From contig MU004184.1 of NCBI GenBank assembly GCA_010093605.1, positions 754,801 to 818,800 on the forward strand: 64,000 nucleotides of DNA, read 5' to 3'. The position numbers and the translations under genes were made by a program. This document shows, in pieces, positions 48,924 to 61,037 of this stretch (its first letter is position 1; each line of letters begins with the position of its first letter). The notes below the pieces were generated by a model. The model saw nothing but the letters and a program-made list of their open reading frames with translations. It ran no database searches and was not told the DNA's origin. Origin of the DNA: Lophium mytilinum. Taxonomy: Eukaryota.

Positions 48924-50952
48924 TCACAACCTTGCCCCCTGCTCCCTCTTCACCAGCGCTCTCAAATCCTTGCGCAGGATCTTTCCGGCGGGCGATTTCG
49001 GAATCGCATCTAAGAAATACACACCGCCTCTCAGCTGCTTATGACTAGCCACATTCTCCTTAATCCACAACATGATCTTCTCCGCACTGATCTTCTTCTC
49101 GTCCGCCACCACGTACGCACGCGGGACCTCGTTCGTGCCGTCGTCGCTGTCCACCCCAATGACCGCAGCATCAAGGATATCTGGATGGCTCACCAGCAAA
49201 GCCTCCAGCTCGGCGGGCGCTACCTGCAGCCCCTTGTACTTAATGAGCTCCTTCTTGCGGTCGACGATGTAAAAGAGCCCATTGCGGAACTCCGCAATGT
49301 CGCCTGTGCAGAACCAGCCGTTGACAAAGGCCTCCTTATTCGCGGCTTCGTTGTTGTAGTACCCCTTCGTCACGACGGGGCCTTTCACCAGAACTTCACC
49401 GGGGTTTCCAGGCTCGACGTCGCGGCCGTCGTCGTCGACTAGTCGCGCGAGCATGGTGGGCATGAGGGGGGACACGCTGCCGGTGTCGTCGCTCATGCCA
49501 AGGGGCATCACGGTTGCGGAGCCCGTCGTCTCGGAGAGGCCCCAGGTCTGGCTGATGAAGGTCTTGCCGCGGCCGAGCTTTTGGCTGGCGGCGTGCTGTA
49601 GTGACTTTCCGAGGGGTGCTGCGCCGCTGACGGCGACTTGGAGGGAGTCAAAGTGGTCGGTCACGGCGGGGGATTTAGCGATGAGGAGGTAGATTGGGGG
49701 GACGGTGAAGAAGAAGGTTATTTGGTATTTCTTGAAGTCCGTTGGGTTAGTTGATGGGATTATGGGTATGAGAGATTGTTCGCATACCTTGTTGTAATGT
49801 AAGAATTCTGGGAACGTGAATTTGGGCATCCAGTAGGCTGGCCCACCCATGTAGAAGGGGTTGATGAAGTACCCCTGGATTCCGGCTATGTGAGCTATAG
49901 GGAGATGAGCTAACGTTGAGTATTTGAAGTCCGGTAAGTTCTTGACCATGTGCTGCTTGAACATGTCTCCAGGTATGACAGCCTCGGCGACGAGATTTCG
50001 ATGGGATAAGCGGACGCCTGTGGTGAGATGTTAGCGAATTTAACATTTCCTGTGCTGATCGCCGTCTTTCGATATATGTCCAGGAGATCTCTTTCAGTCC
50101 CAAAGATAATGAGTACCAAAGAAAGGAGTAGCACACACCTTTCGGCAACCCCGTCGTTCCACTAGAATAAATCAGCACGATCATACTCTCCTCCAAAGCA
50201 ACTGGATCCGTGATCTTCTCCCATGGCAGCCTGCTTCCCTCGTCCACCAACTCCTTTCCCAATCCCCCTCCCTTCTCCACAGTCTTCAGCCCCCACGTCT
50301 CTCCCTCTCCCATCACTAGCACCCTTCCACCGCCCTTCTCCCCCCATCCGGCCAACTCCGCCGCTTGCACCGCAACGTCCTTGGTAGCTTCAACGCAACA
50401 TAGCACCTTGCTTTCAGCCTCTTTAATCTGCGTGCTGAGCTCCTTTGGCGTGCTGGCTGAGCTGGCAGCAGAGAAGACACCACCAGCCGCAATGACGGAG
50501 TACACCAGTACAGGGAGCAGATGGTGGCCTATTGAGATGACCGACACGACGTCCCGATTGGGGCCTGATGCGCCAATGGAGAACTGGTTGCGGAGGGCGG
50601 CGGCAGTAGCTTCAGTCAAGAGGCGAGCACGGGAGACGGTAAGGATGTGCGAGGGGTTTGCTGCGGAGATGTGGATGGGGGTTTCTGGTTTGGCGGAGGT
50701 GTGGGGGGAGTCTGGAATGGATTAGGGAGACATCATAACGATAAGGTACTCTTGATAGTATAGGATATCTTGCAGAGACGAACATGCATATATAGGAACT
50801 GAGGTAGAGATTGGAAAGAAGAAATATGAAAGAAACGATTCGCTGCATCACTCACCAAACAGTAAAGTCAACACATCTAGATCGGGAATCGGGTACTCCT
50901 TGGCGGCTCTATAAATGATGCCTTGAGGCGTTTTCTCTACGTTAGTCGTCAT
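48924..50952 (-). CDS. 4-coumarate-CoA-ligase-like acyl-CoA synthetase 1, PTS1 (-ARL)
   Basis: YSSGTTGLPKG, QTWGLSET, TGD, DRKKELIKYKG and PKSPAGKILRK; C-terminal ARL; multi-exon, ATG at 50952. Confidence 0.93.
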
Positions 50953-51509
50953 AGCTCTTCCCGCCCAGCTCAGAAGCCAAAGCTTGGATTAGGAAATCGA
51001 GCTATCAGTCTCGCGCTTCTGGACACTACACCAGACCAAAGACGCAAAAGTCTATGCTGAAGGAAGGAAGGGAGGAAACAAGAGCAGCGTATCACGAATG
51101 ACTAGGGCAATTGACAAGAGATGCAGGGCTGCAAAGCTTGGTGTGGCTCCTTACATAGCTGAGGCTCTGCGGGGGCGGGGGGACCGCCACCTGTGCCGCG
51201 GTGTATTGAGTCGTCAATGATGTGTTTCGGGAAGGGTGTAGAGAATGGGAGCCTCGGTCCATGAGGCCAACCCCGCGTCTTCTGTGCGTTAGCGCAGTGT
51301 GGGGGCCCCAGATCATCAAGTATCAGGGTGTATCTGGTGCTATAGGGTTAGGATGCCGAAGAACTAGGTGTGGGATTGGTCCGCAAAACGAGGAGCTTCA
51401 TGGCAGCACATCCCAATTCCACCGCCATTAGCCCGGTTTCGAATTGAATCCCGTCGGCAACAGCACACTGCTCCAAACAGCCATAGAGAAATTCCGAATC
51501 GGTTCCCTT

Positions 51510-53012
51510 TCACTCCCTCCTCTCCTTCCACGTTGAGCTTCTAGCAATCAAATACTCTCGACTTTGAATAGCCTTGCGAATCCCCCACAGCCCACCCAGG
51601 GGCCATTGCCGCAGCGCCCACGCCCCCCAACCCCCTTCCTCCTCTGCCTTCCGCTGCGCCTCCTCGTCCACTCGCACCTTATGCCACACGCTCGGTAGCC
51701 GCTCGGCATGGTACTTCGTCCGCAACCCCTCATACCACTTCTTATCAAACATCTCCCAAAACTCGGTTTCCGGGTAGTACGTGTGTGCGTAGAGCCACTT
51801 CATACCACCTAGTTCTTTCAGTTGAGCCTCGAGCTCGCGATTCTTAGCAACAAAGGTATCGGAATCAGAAGGCCCGAATCCCCACAAGCCCACGTTGAGA
51901 AGCGGTGCAAGGGTCTTATTGTCGATTTCTGTGGCAGGGTTGTGCGGGTGCAGAGTTGGGAGACGAGATTGACGCAAAGGGCACAACCAGAGGGGCCATA
52001 TGTTGAAAGAGGAGGTGGTGTAGTCTATGAACTTCTCGACAGCGGGGTAGGGGATTGCGAGGTCTTGTACGACGTAGTTCCTGGATTGGCCGGAGGCATG
52101 CAGCGCTTTGTATAGCATGCGGGTGTGCAGGAAGTCGTCGAGGAACCATCGCGTTAGCTTGTTGAAGGGAAAGCTGAAGTAGGAGAAGGCGGAGCGGCCA
52201 ACCCAGAAGCCACCGCGGTCATAGCGGAAGAGGTACTCAGCCAGTGGGATATATTCAGTGATTGGTGTCGTGGCGGAGAGGGTACGGTCGCGGACGTGGA
52301 GATAGAACCACGGGTCGCCGGGGGCGCTGAAGCATTGGGTGGGAGAGCTAGGTGGAAGGGAGTCGGTCATGCGGCCTGTGACGATGACACCGTGATCTTT
52401 GGAGAAGAGTATCCCGTCCACGTAGTCGTGATCCAGGTTGAGCGTTTCCTCTTTGACTTTCGCTACGGCTTCGGCAATTGAGCGTACGGGGTGGTATGTT
52501 GCTTCGACAAACTTCTTTGCTTGGATGAGCTGCAGTTCGAGCAGTGTTGTAATCCCTAGACTTCCTACGGCCCCGGAGGCTCCGTGGAAGAGGTCTGTGT
52601 TTTCTTTCTCGGATGCCGTTACGATGTTGCCGTTACCAAGGACTACTTCGATCGAATTGACGGTCTCATTAAAGTATCCGTATTTGAAGGAGCTGCTTTC
52701 GCCGCCTGTCCCTGCGAACCCTCCTCCTGCCGTGATACCAGGAAATTCCATCACGACCGGTGGAACGAGACCGTGTTTTATGGTCGCCTCAACCAAGCGG
52801 TCCATTGGCACATTAGGCTCAACTAGCGCCGTTTTAGTCTTCGTGTCGACGCTTAGGACGCGTGAAAGTGCACTGATGTCGACTGTGTTCTGGCGGCCAC
52901 CAGGTCGCGTGCTGTTGGTTGACCCATGGAAGATGCGAAAGGGTTCCCGCCGTTTGAAGTATTGAGAGACGCTCGAGGCGATATGAGAAACTACATCCTT
53001 ATGGTGCTTCAT
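51510..53012 (-). CDS. FAD-binding oxidoreductase, Delta24-sterol reductase (DHCR24/DWF1)-like
   Basis: VEPNVPMDRL, PPVVMEFPGITAGGGFAGTGGESSSFKYG, YLFRYDRGGFW, WPLWLCP and KWLYAHTYY; intronless 500 aa. Confidence 0.9.
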   Translation of the reverse strand: MKHHKDVVSHIASSVSQYFKRREPFRIFHGSTNSTRPGGRQNTVDISALSRVLSVDTKTKTALVEPNVPMDRLVEATIKHGLVPPVVMEFPGITAGGGFAGTGGESSSFKYGYFNETVNSIEVVLGNGNIVTASEKENTDLFHGASGAVGSLGITTLLELQLIQAKKFVEATYHPVRSIAEAVAKVKEETLNLDHDYVDGILFSKDHGVIVTGRMTDSLPPSSPTQCFSAPGDPWFYLHVRDRTLSATTPITEYIPLAEYLFRYDRGGFWVGRSAFSYFSFPFNKLTRWFLDDFLHTRMLYKALHASGQSRNYVVQDLAIPYPAVEKFIDYTTSSFNIWPLWLCPLRQSRLPTLHPHNPATEIDNKTLAPLLNVGLWGFGPSDSDTFVAKNRELEAQLKELGGMKWLYAHTYYPETEFWEMFDKKWYEGLRTKYHAERLPSVWHKVRVDEEAQRKAEEEGGWGAWALRQWPLGGLWGIRKAIQSREYLIARSSTWKERRE

Positions 53013-53694
53013 CGATAGGCTTTATTGATGGATGGACACCGTGTGAAAGGGTGGAAATTTCTGGCAAAGGAAGACTAGAGCAGCGCTTCTCACAAATTGT
53101 AGTGACAGATGAGAAAGAAAGTGTTGACAGTCAGAAAAGAATAGAGGATTAGAGATGGGAACTCGATGGGCCTATATAATGAGCATCTCGCCGGGGAAGT
53201 CGTGACGTGAAAGACAGGCGAGCTTTTTGTCTGAGCACCGAACAAGGCATTGGAAACTGGTGGGCTGGTGTAACAAGTGGTACTAGGGCAGCCCAATCTT
53301 GCTTCAACAGCGAGAGGATGTATAACCAGCTCACTCTTGTGCCATTATTTGGTGTGTGTTTCTAAGTGAATCCAGTAATAACATGTTAGAGCTCCACCGT
53401 CCAGGTTGCCATATGTCGCTTCCAGCCATCAGATCGATCTAGAAAATTAAGCCATAAATCTGGGCACACAGATCTGTCACTACTTAGCTTCAATATTGCT
53501 CACTTGCCACCACCGTAAGGGGTAGCCTGACTGCTACGCAGCTACATAGTCAAGAGACAGTGTAATCTGCATTGCTTGAAACTCGACATCGCCTTCGCAT
53601 CTTCTAAATTCTCGGGGGGCGCCCATAGCAGCTCTTATTAGAAGAGTTCTATTACAATTCAAGATTTATCATCTAGCTCCGATATTCCCACTGT

Positions 53695-55539
53695 CTACAG
53701 CTTTGCCTTGACCGTCTTCCCGCTCTTCTCTTCCTCTTCTGCCCTCGCCTTCAAAACCCTCCGCAAGATTTTTCCAGAAACCGACTTCGGAATTTCCTCC
53801 ACAAAATGCACACCACCCCTCAGCCGCTTGTGGCCTGCCACCTTTTCCGCCAGCCACTCAGCAATTTCATTGGAATGCTTTTCGCCAACCGGCTCTGTCG
53901 CCTTCGAGGCGACAACATACGCTCTCGGCACCTCCGTTGCCCGCGCCTCGTCATATATTCCAATCACCGCCACGTCGTCAACTAGAGGGTGTCCGACGAG
54001 TAAGCCCTCAAGCTCTGCAGGCGGCACTTGGAACCCCTTGTACTTGATGAGCTCTTTCACGCGGTCCGTGATGTAGAAACTGCCGTTCTCGTCCTGGAAT
54101 CCGACGTCCCCAGTTTTGAAGTAGCCATCCTCGGTTAAGGAGTCTGCCGTCCGTTCGGGATTGTTGAGGTACCCTTTGAAGACATTCGGCCCCTTTACCC
54201 AGAGTTCGCCTGTCTGGCCTGCTGGGACCTCCTCGCCAGCTTCCGACACATACTTGGCGGTCAGGTTCGGCAAAAGACGACCAACACTACCAATAGTCTT
54301 GTCCCACTCGCTCCAGGGCTGCATATGGGTGGTTGGGCTAGTCTCGCTGAGCCCGTACCCTTGCTTAACCTTGATTTTGAGGCGAGAGTACAGCGTCTCT
54401 ACGAGATCTCTGGTCAAGGGAGCGGCGCCGGAGTTGAGCATGCGTATGCTGCTCAGGTCGTACTTGGAGACGTCTGGATGCTTGGCGAGGAGGAGGACGA
54501 CGGGTGGCACTACGTAGGCGAAGGTGACACGGTAGGTTTGTATGATGTCACAGAAGGCATCCAGGGAGAACTTGGGGAGAACGTAGAGCGTTAGGCCAGC
54601 GCGAAGAGCGTTGTGTATTAGGCACGTGAGGCCTGCAGGTTCATGTTAGTATAAGTATAAATAGTAATTCTGGGAGTACATACCATATATGTGGAAAAAG
54701 GGCAGAAAGGCTATGATTCTATCCCCGCTCTTGTCTGGCCCGTTGTCCCACTTCAGCATATTTACCTCTCCGCTTATGGCTTGTAATGTATTCGCAACAA
54801 TATTCCGATGGGTGAGCATCACGCCCTTAGGATGTCCCGTCGTGCCAGAGCTGTATACCAAGAAGGCTAGGTCCTCGGCTGGATTTACTTTCGTGCGTCG
54901 ATAACGCGCGGTACCAGACGTGTTCCTGATGCTTGAGAAATGCTTCACGCGCGCCTCTTTGTCTCTCTCGTCGCCCATGACAATTATGCGGTCATGAGGG
55001 ATTCCGACAATTGAGGCGGCTTTCTTCGCCGTAGCTAACAGAGCAACCTGAGTAACCAGCGCCTTCGCACCCGAGTCTTTGAGTTGGAACGCTAGCTCTT
55101 CTACGGTGTAACCCGGATTCGCTGGTGATAGGATACCGCCAGCCCAGTGGCAACCCCATGTTATAGCAGGAGTATCGATGCAATTAGGGGTGAAGAGTGC
55201 TGATTGTTCATTTAGAAGTATTTCAACCACCAATACGTCGTAGGCACGTACCTAGCACGTCACCCTTTTGCCAGTCCCATAGCGCTTTGAGGCCTTTGCC
55301 AAAATCGATGGCGGTGCTCTTGACATCAGCGAAGGTGTAAGTGCGAGATGTGAAGGGGTCAATGTAGATGGCTGGTCAGGATTAGCTTTAAGGACAGGGA
55401 ATGGTGGGAATCCGGGGAAAACATGTGGAAAAAGCTTGCCCTTGTCGTCCGGATATGGCTTGTCGTTACGCTCGAACAGAAATGCCCAGATGTCGAGATT
55501 AGGGATATCAATCGACGGGTACAAAGAGTCAGTAGGCAT
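53695..55539 (-). CDS. 4CL/phenylacetyl-CoA-ligase-like acyl-CoA synthetase 2, PTS1 (-AKL)
   Basis: YSSGTTGHPKG, LPFFHIYG, QGYGLSET, DRVKELIKYKG and PKSVSGKILRR; C-terminal AKL; multi-exon. Confidence 0.94.
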
Positions 55540-56151
55540 TGTGACTATAGGCACTAGACACTTTGCGAGTTGAGAGGTTCTGTTGAAGAGAAAAAGGCGG
55601 ACAGTGCAGAATGTCAGCGTCTTTCAACGCCCCAGAGCCCCCTCGTCATGGGAGGTGCTCCACAGCAGCAGAACATCAGGGCGGCAAGCTATCCGGTTCT
55701 AAACGGCTTTGGAGAAAAAACATGGCTGCGATGCGGGGACGAATACCGAGGCTTTTACCCTTTGAGGTCTAGTATAGAACGTTGGCTTCGAAGAGTGGGA
55801 GACGAGACAGGGAGATAGAATGGAATGAAGCACACCGAAAAAGCATGACGGCGTATCCATACGCAGCTTTCAAGGTTATGTGAGCGCTACTGCAACGAAA
55901 GGATTTAATCAGATAGGGGGGTGCTGGGCGGCTTTTATTGTACTCGGCGTACCCTAGGATCAAGCTGACGTCTGTCACTGACCAACCGTCGCCGAATTTC
56001 ACCTCGAACAGCCCGAGGTAGTCACCAGCTTCAAACCTCCAAGAGTGCTTATACATATCACCACGGCTGCTTATCCATGCAATCTTGTCCCTAATTCTCG
56101 AGGGTGTCGAATTGCCCTTAGCAGATATCAACACCTTGAATCCGTCACACA

Positions 56152-57150
56152 ATGCCTTCCTGGGCAGAAGCAACCGCCATTACACCCGTCGACTCTCACA
56201 CCTATTCTGCATTCCTCCATTCGGACTGGTGTATTGGGAAAGGTACATCGCGTCACCAACTCGTTCTATTCAGCTAGCTAAACTCCATATAGTGCCTCAT
56301 GGCGGCTTTGTAACCGGCTGCTTCCTACGCGTCGTCGAAACCCACTACAGCACCACCCTCGCCGCCCAGAAACAACCCCATACCATCACTCTACACCTGG
56401 AATTCCTACGTCGCACAGAGGAAGGTCCGGCGACATTCAAGGTCAAAGATGTGAAGCTAGGCCGGCAGACCTCCGTGGTTCATGTAACCATGTCACAAGA
56501 CGGACGCGACGAAGTCGTGGGATATATTACCAATTCCAACATTCACACCGAAGCGGGCCTCTCCTTTGACACAAAATACGCTCTCCACCCGCCCCTGCCA
56601 CCCGTAGACGTGCATAAGCTCCGAGACGGCAATGATGAGAATTGGGTATATTCGCCCGTGTCACACTCTGAGTTCCGCAAAGCGAGTACGAAGGTCAAAT
56701 GGTACTTCCCTAAGGCCGGGCATCCCCACAACTCCGTGGTGGACGAATACCTCTGCTTTTCAGACGGTAGTCGATTTACCAACTCAAGTATTGGATATGT
56801 GTCCGACTGCTTTCCGCAGATCATCGAGTCCTATGTGAGCAAGAATCAAGGCGGCACACATTGGTACCCGACCTTGCTCTTGAATCTAGACATAAAGAAG
56901 TCGCTCCCTGAGGAAGGTGTCGAGTGGTTGTTCGCCCGGGTACGTGCGAAACGAATTAAGAATGGCAGGTTCGATTTAGAGGTCATTATTATGGACGACT
57001 CGGGGGATGTCGTAGCCTTGAGGTATTTGCTATTCTATTCTTGTACCAAGTACGGCTATACTGACAGAATGCAGCCACCATGTGTGTCTTGTATTGAGTG
57101 CTACGAGGAACCTAGCAAAGAGGAGCACAGCGAACTCCGGCAAATTATAG
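56152..57150 (+). CDS. Hotdog-fold thioesterase-like protein, PTS1-like end (-GKL)
   Basis: MPSWAEATAITPVDSHTYSAFLHSDWCIGK|VPHGG, LEFLRRT, WYPTLLLNLDIKK, NGRFDLEV; last exon after intron 57023-57073 reads SHHVCLVLSATRNLAKRSTANSGKL*. Confidence 0.88.
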
Positions 57151-57387
57151 ATGAGAAACGATCTATTCAATATACCCACTGTACACATGGATTTACACGA
57201 ACTTATTTATATCCTCATGTCACTCAATGCATTCGATCTCATGACATCTGAAAATGTGTTCTTTGCTGACGTGCGCCGCCTTGGGTATCTAAGCAATCCA
57301 TCAAAGTACTTCGTTCAGCCAGCCGCCCTTATGTGAAATCCTGAATAAGACTTGCCCCGACGCCAACCAAATGAATTTTCAGAGTAA

Positions 57388-58829
57388 TTACCCATCAGCC
57401 GACACCTTTGCAGGCGGTTTCCTCCCGTATATGAAAGTCCTTCAAACGTTAGTATGATCTTCCGATTTAGTGACTATAGCCATCAAGAAGACTTTTGGTA
57501 CATCTAGAAACCGCAACTCACACTTCATTATAGGCATGCACTCCTTTTTGTCTCAGCATGAGCCTCATCTCAGCCAACATCATCTGGACCTTCTCAGTCT
57601 TCCACCCCAGAACAGCTGTGCAGAGATACCAGCACCACCCCTCCATGCCTTGTTCGAAATTCAACCGGTTCCAAATCCCGATCTCTTTAAGTCTTTGATC
57701 CTTACACCATCCTCCTATAGGCCATTTGAAGCGGCGCTCGGTGATATCGACAAATCCCGCACCGCTGAGAGCATCTTTAACTTCGTCGGACGATCTTATA
57801 ATAGGTTTTCCATATGCTTTGCCTCCATCGAATGTCACCTGATTCCACTGATGATAAACAGAGTCAGGCGATATAGTATCATCGTCAGATGTTATCGGAT
57901 TGCCTTCGACGCACTCAATCCAGCCCCCGGGTTTAACATGTGCAAATGCCTCGGCGTATAATGAAGACCAATTAGCCACAGCACCATTGAGAAGCCGGAT
58001 GTGGATGAAGTCGAAAGATTCTTTTGTATAGAGCCACTCTTCGCAGCAGTCGTCAATTTCGAATTGGAGGTTAGGAGGGACCATGGATGGTTGTATGGGA
58101 GAAAGATCTGTTCCGATGACCGAGGCGGAGGGAAAGCGATCTGCGAATTCTCTGCGCTGTGTTAGTTGAATACTGAAAGGTGTGGAGGTGACTGACATTG
58201 CCCATATACCTGTCCCTGTTCCCACGTCTAGGACACGCTGGATCCCTGTCAGCTAAACGGTACTGCCTTGGGATGTCATTGTCCTTGCCTGAGGGTGCTT
58301 TCCAATTGGTGCGAGGAATAATTCGCCGTCTAACGTCAAGTTAAATATATGATGCCTATCGTGTTGCTCAGTATTTGTCTCGCAGAACCGCAGCCTATGT
58401 TTTCTGGCACCCCTACCTACATTATATCATTTTGATCCGACTGCTGTTCATCGTTTGGCCACCTATCGATATGATAAGCAGAGGGGAATTGTGTTTCCTT
58501 GAAGCGTTCTTGCCGTACAGGTATTCTCCTTTCCTGAATCCATTGTAGCGGCGCCCGTTCCGGTATGTGTAGTTGTATATAGACGATTTGAGAGACGTTG
58601 TCTCGCTGTTGAAGTTGCTCAGACAATGTTTCCTGCATGGATCCTTCGGAGCTACTTACGACGCAGCATCGCCATCTCCGTAGCTGGAGTCGGCTTCGGA
58701 ATTGCTGTCCTGGGAGCGATAAGTGACCGAGTCCACAGTATCGAAAGACATTGAAGAGCTCAAAAGGCCCAAACATACTACAGTGGTATCATCACTGACT
58801 AAAGGGACCCCGTCGCCGGTATATGACAT
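57388..58829 (-). CDS. LaeA-like (TAM-type) SAM-dependent methyltransferase, many short exons
   Basis: SLKSSIYNYTYRNGRRY, WPNDEQQ, VLDVGTGTGIWA, GTDLSPIQP, FDFIHIR, KPGGWIE, KWPIGGW and IYGRKP. The exact start exon is inferred. Confidence 0.9.
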
Positions 58830-60152
58830 ATTTCCCCCTGGAGATGAAGTTGAAAGAAAGAAAATCGAATCGCAGATGATGTCTGACAGAAGGCCGGGGC
58901 GTGGAAGCTTAACATCCTAGAGCGCAGGGGGATACGCGGCGGTTTAAACTTTCCCAGGATTGAGCGGGGTCGGCCTTGAGCATTGAACTGATCACCCACA
59001 GCATGAAATTGAGTTTGGGGCGGGACATGATGGAGTCGCGGGGGACGATATTGGACTATAGGGCTTTAGGGACTACTTTCGGTTGCTCCTATCCGACCCA
59101 CTTTCGATAGTCTTCTACCTTTGATGGATCAGCTCTGCAATAGGTACATCGGGCGAGTCGATTCACGTGACCGGGAACTTTCTTCAATATCGTGTAGCGC
59201 TGACGCTAAGGGGTAGGGCCCGCAGGAACGTGGCAGTCGGTCATGAATCGTGCAGTTGCTCGGACCGCTGCGGCACAGCTAGGGCAACCCTCCCGTATCC
59301 CCAACACGCCAATGGAGGCCGACTTTCGTCGATACTTGCGGTGCTGTGTCCACGGACTACAAACATGGGGGGCAGCCAGGTAGCTTTAGGAAGCACGGAG
59401 ATCTTTCTCCATACTTTCGAAGTCACAGGACCGCATTGGACCCGTTGATGAACAAGTCGATCCATCCAATAGTATATTTTCAGGGGTCTAAAATGATTTG
59501 CCATGGGTGTGTGGGTATTGTATCGGCGATTCCTAGCAACTTTTTCACCGTCGCTTAAGTCATTACTGAGGTTGTTGAGCTCCTGTCTGACTGGTGTTAT
59601 CACAACTTACTTGGCTAGCAGAGAAGAGCTATGATGGGGCCTGCAGCCTCATCTCGACGTGCAGGTTGAGACGAATCAGCGTGGAAGCCAACGGCCAACT
59701 TCTGTCCCCTACCCGCTATTGGTATGATCAACAACCCAAGAGCAATCCTCATGTCTGCGACCAGGCTTCGTCGAAGAGAAAGTGGAAGTCCAACACCGTT
59801 TGCGTTGGCCTAAAGCGGTGCAAGCGTGCAGAAGCACAGACAGAGAGTGTACCCTAAGGATAGGAAGCTTATAACCAGCACCACAGACTCGTAGAATGCC
59901 ACTGTTTTGTTCTGTTTTGTTCAGAAGAACCTGGCGAGGCAGATGCCGAGTACGGCGGAGCACCACATGCAGTCTGGGGTAACGTTACACCCGAGTAGCA
60001 GACCGTAAGCTAGACCAACTTCTCTATGTCACTTCGCGTTCGACAACCTCGTTGGGCTTGTGTTACCGCATGTCCAGTCCTTCCTACCTTTGTACTTCAA
60101 CATGCCGATTTTCACTGCGCGGAAGGATTGACCAACCCCTAGCACGCTTGTA

Positions 60153-60805
60153 ATGGTCAGCGGCGCTACCGTGCTTGCGTATCTCATCGTGGAATGTTTC
60201 GAATCCTTCCAAAATGTCTGGCAGCACCCGCTATCTCGGTGTCGGGTCCGCGGCTTGCGGCAACGACAGATTTGTGGATGGTTTATGTGGAGATCGTATG
60301 GAGACGCCGTTTTGCCACGTGCTGGAGGATCTGCACAAGAAGCACGGTGAGCGACTACTACAATTTAGGTATTGAAAACTGTTTTGGGCAACACTTCGCG
60401 ATTGAACTGACTCGCGCCTCCCGTGGCGGCGTGGTCCGCATGAGTCTGAGTGCGATACGCTCAGAATACGACAAGCATAAAGTCTAACTTATAAAAGGCA
60501 CTATCATATCCCTCGCTTCCTTACCGACGTTTCATAGATCATCAAAATTCCACATTAACGCAGATATCCATAGCTTCACTTTGCGAACCCGCAAGCCTAC
60601 TGGGGTATCTGATACAAAACCAGGTGGGACAAAGAACAGCGTCCATCACAGTTTCATCAAAGATCGCTCGTCTCTTAGAAGTATCACCTGTAGGAAGCTA
60701 AAGAAAAAAGCACAGATAGCTTGAATCGATAACTGAATTATCTCGACGAAAGCAACTGAGGCAGGCCACAAGGCTGAGTGGCTGATCGTTGAGAAAATGA
60801 CTCTC
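60153..60805 (+). pseudogene. Cytochrome P450 N-terminal remnant
   Basis: Across frameshifts: hydrophobic anchor VLAYLIVECF, HPLSR/VSGPRLAATTDLWMVYVEIV, LEDLHKKHG|GVVRM, LHFANPQAYWGI* (60574-60612) and RWDKE. These are the ordered N-terminal signatures of fungal P450s; no heme-binding region follows. Confidence 0.72.
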
Positions 60806-61037
60806 AGTAATAATTTAAGTGAAATCACTCAATTTGCCACCGCACAACTGCATTGGATGATTTCAGCAACATTCAATGTTGTGGTGAGGGTGACGCAACT
60901 ATTTGGCCCCTACTGCGTTTGTAAATCAAGATGTCAATGAGCATGGCGATTGGCATTATCAGGCAGTCACAAAAACCGATACACGAGGCTTTACTATGCC
61001 AGGCTACAGAACGCTCCAAAACCACAAGCGCTATCAT

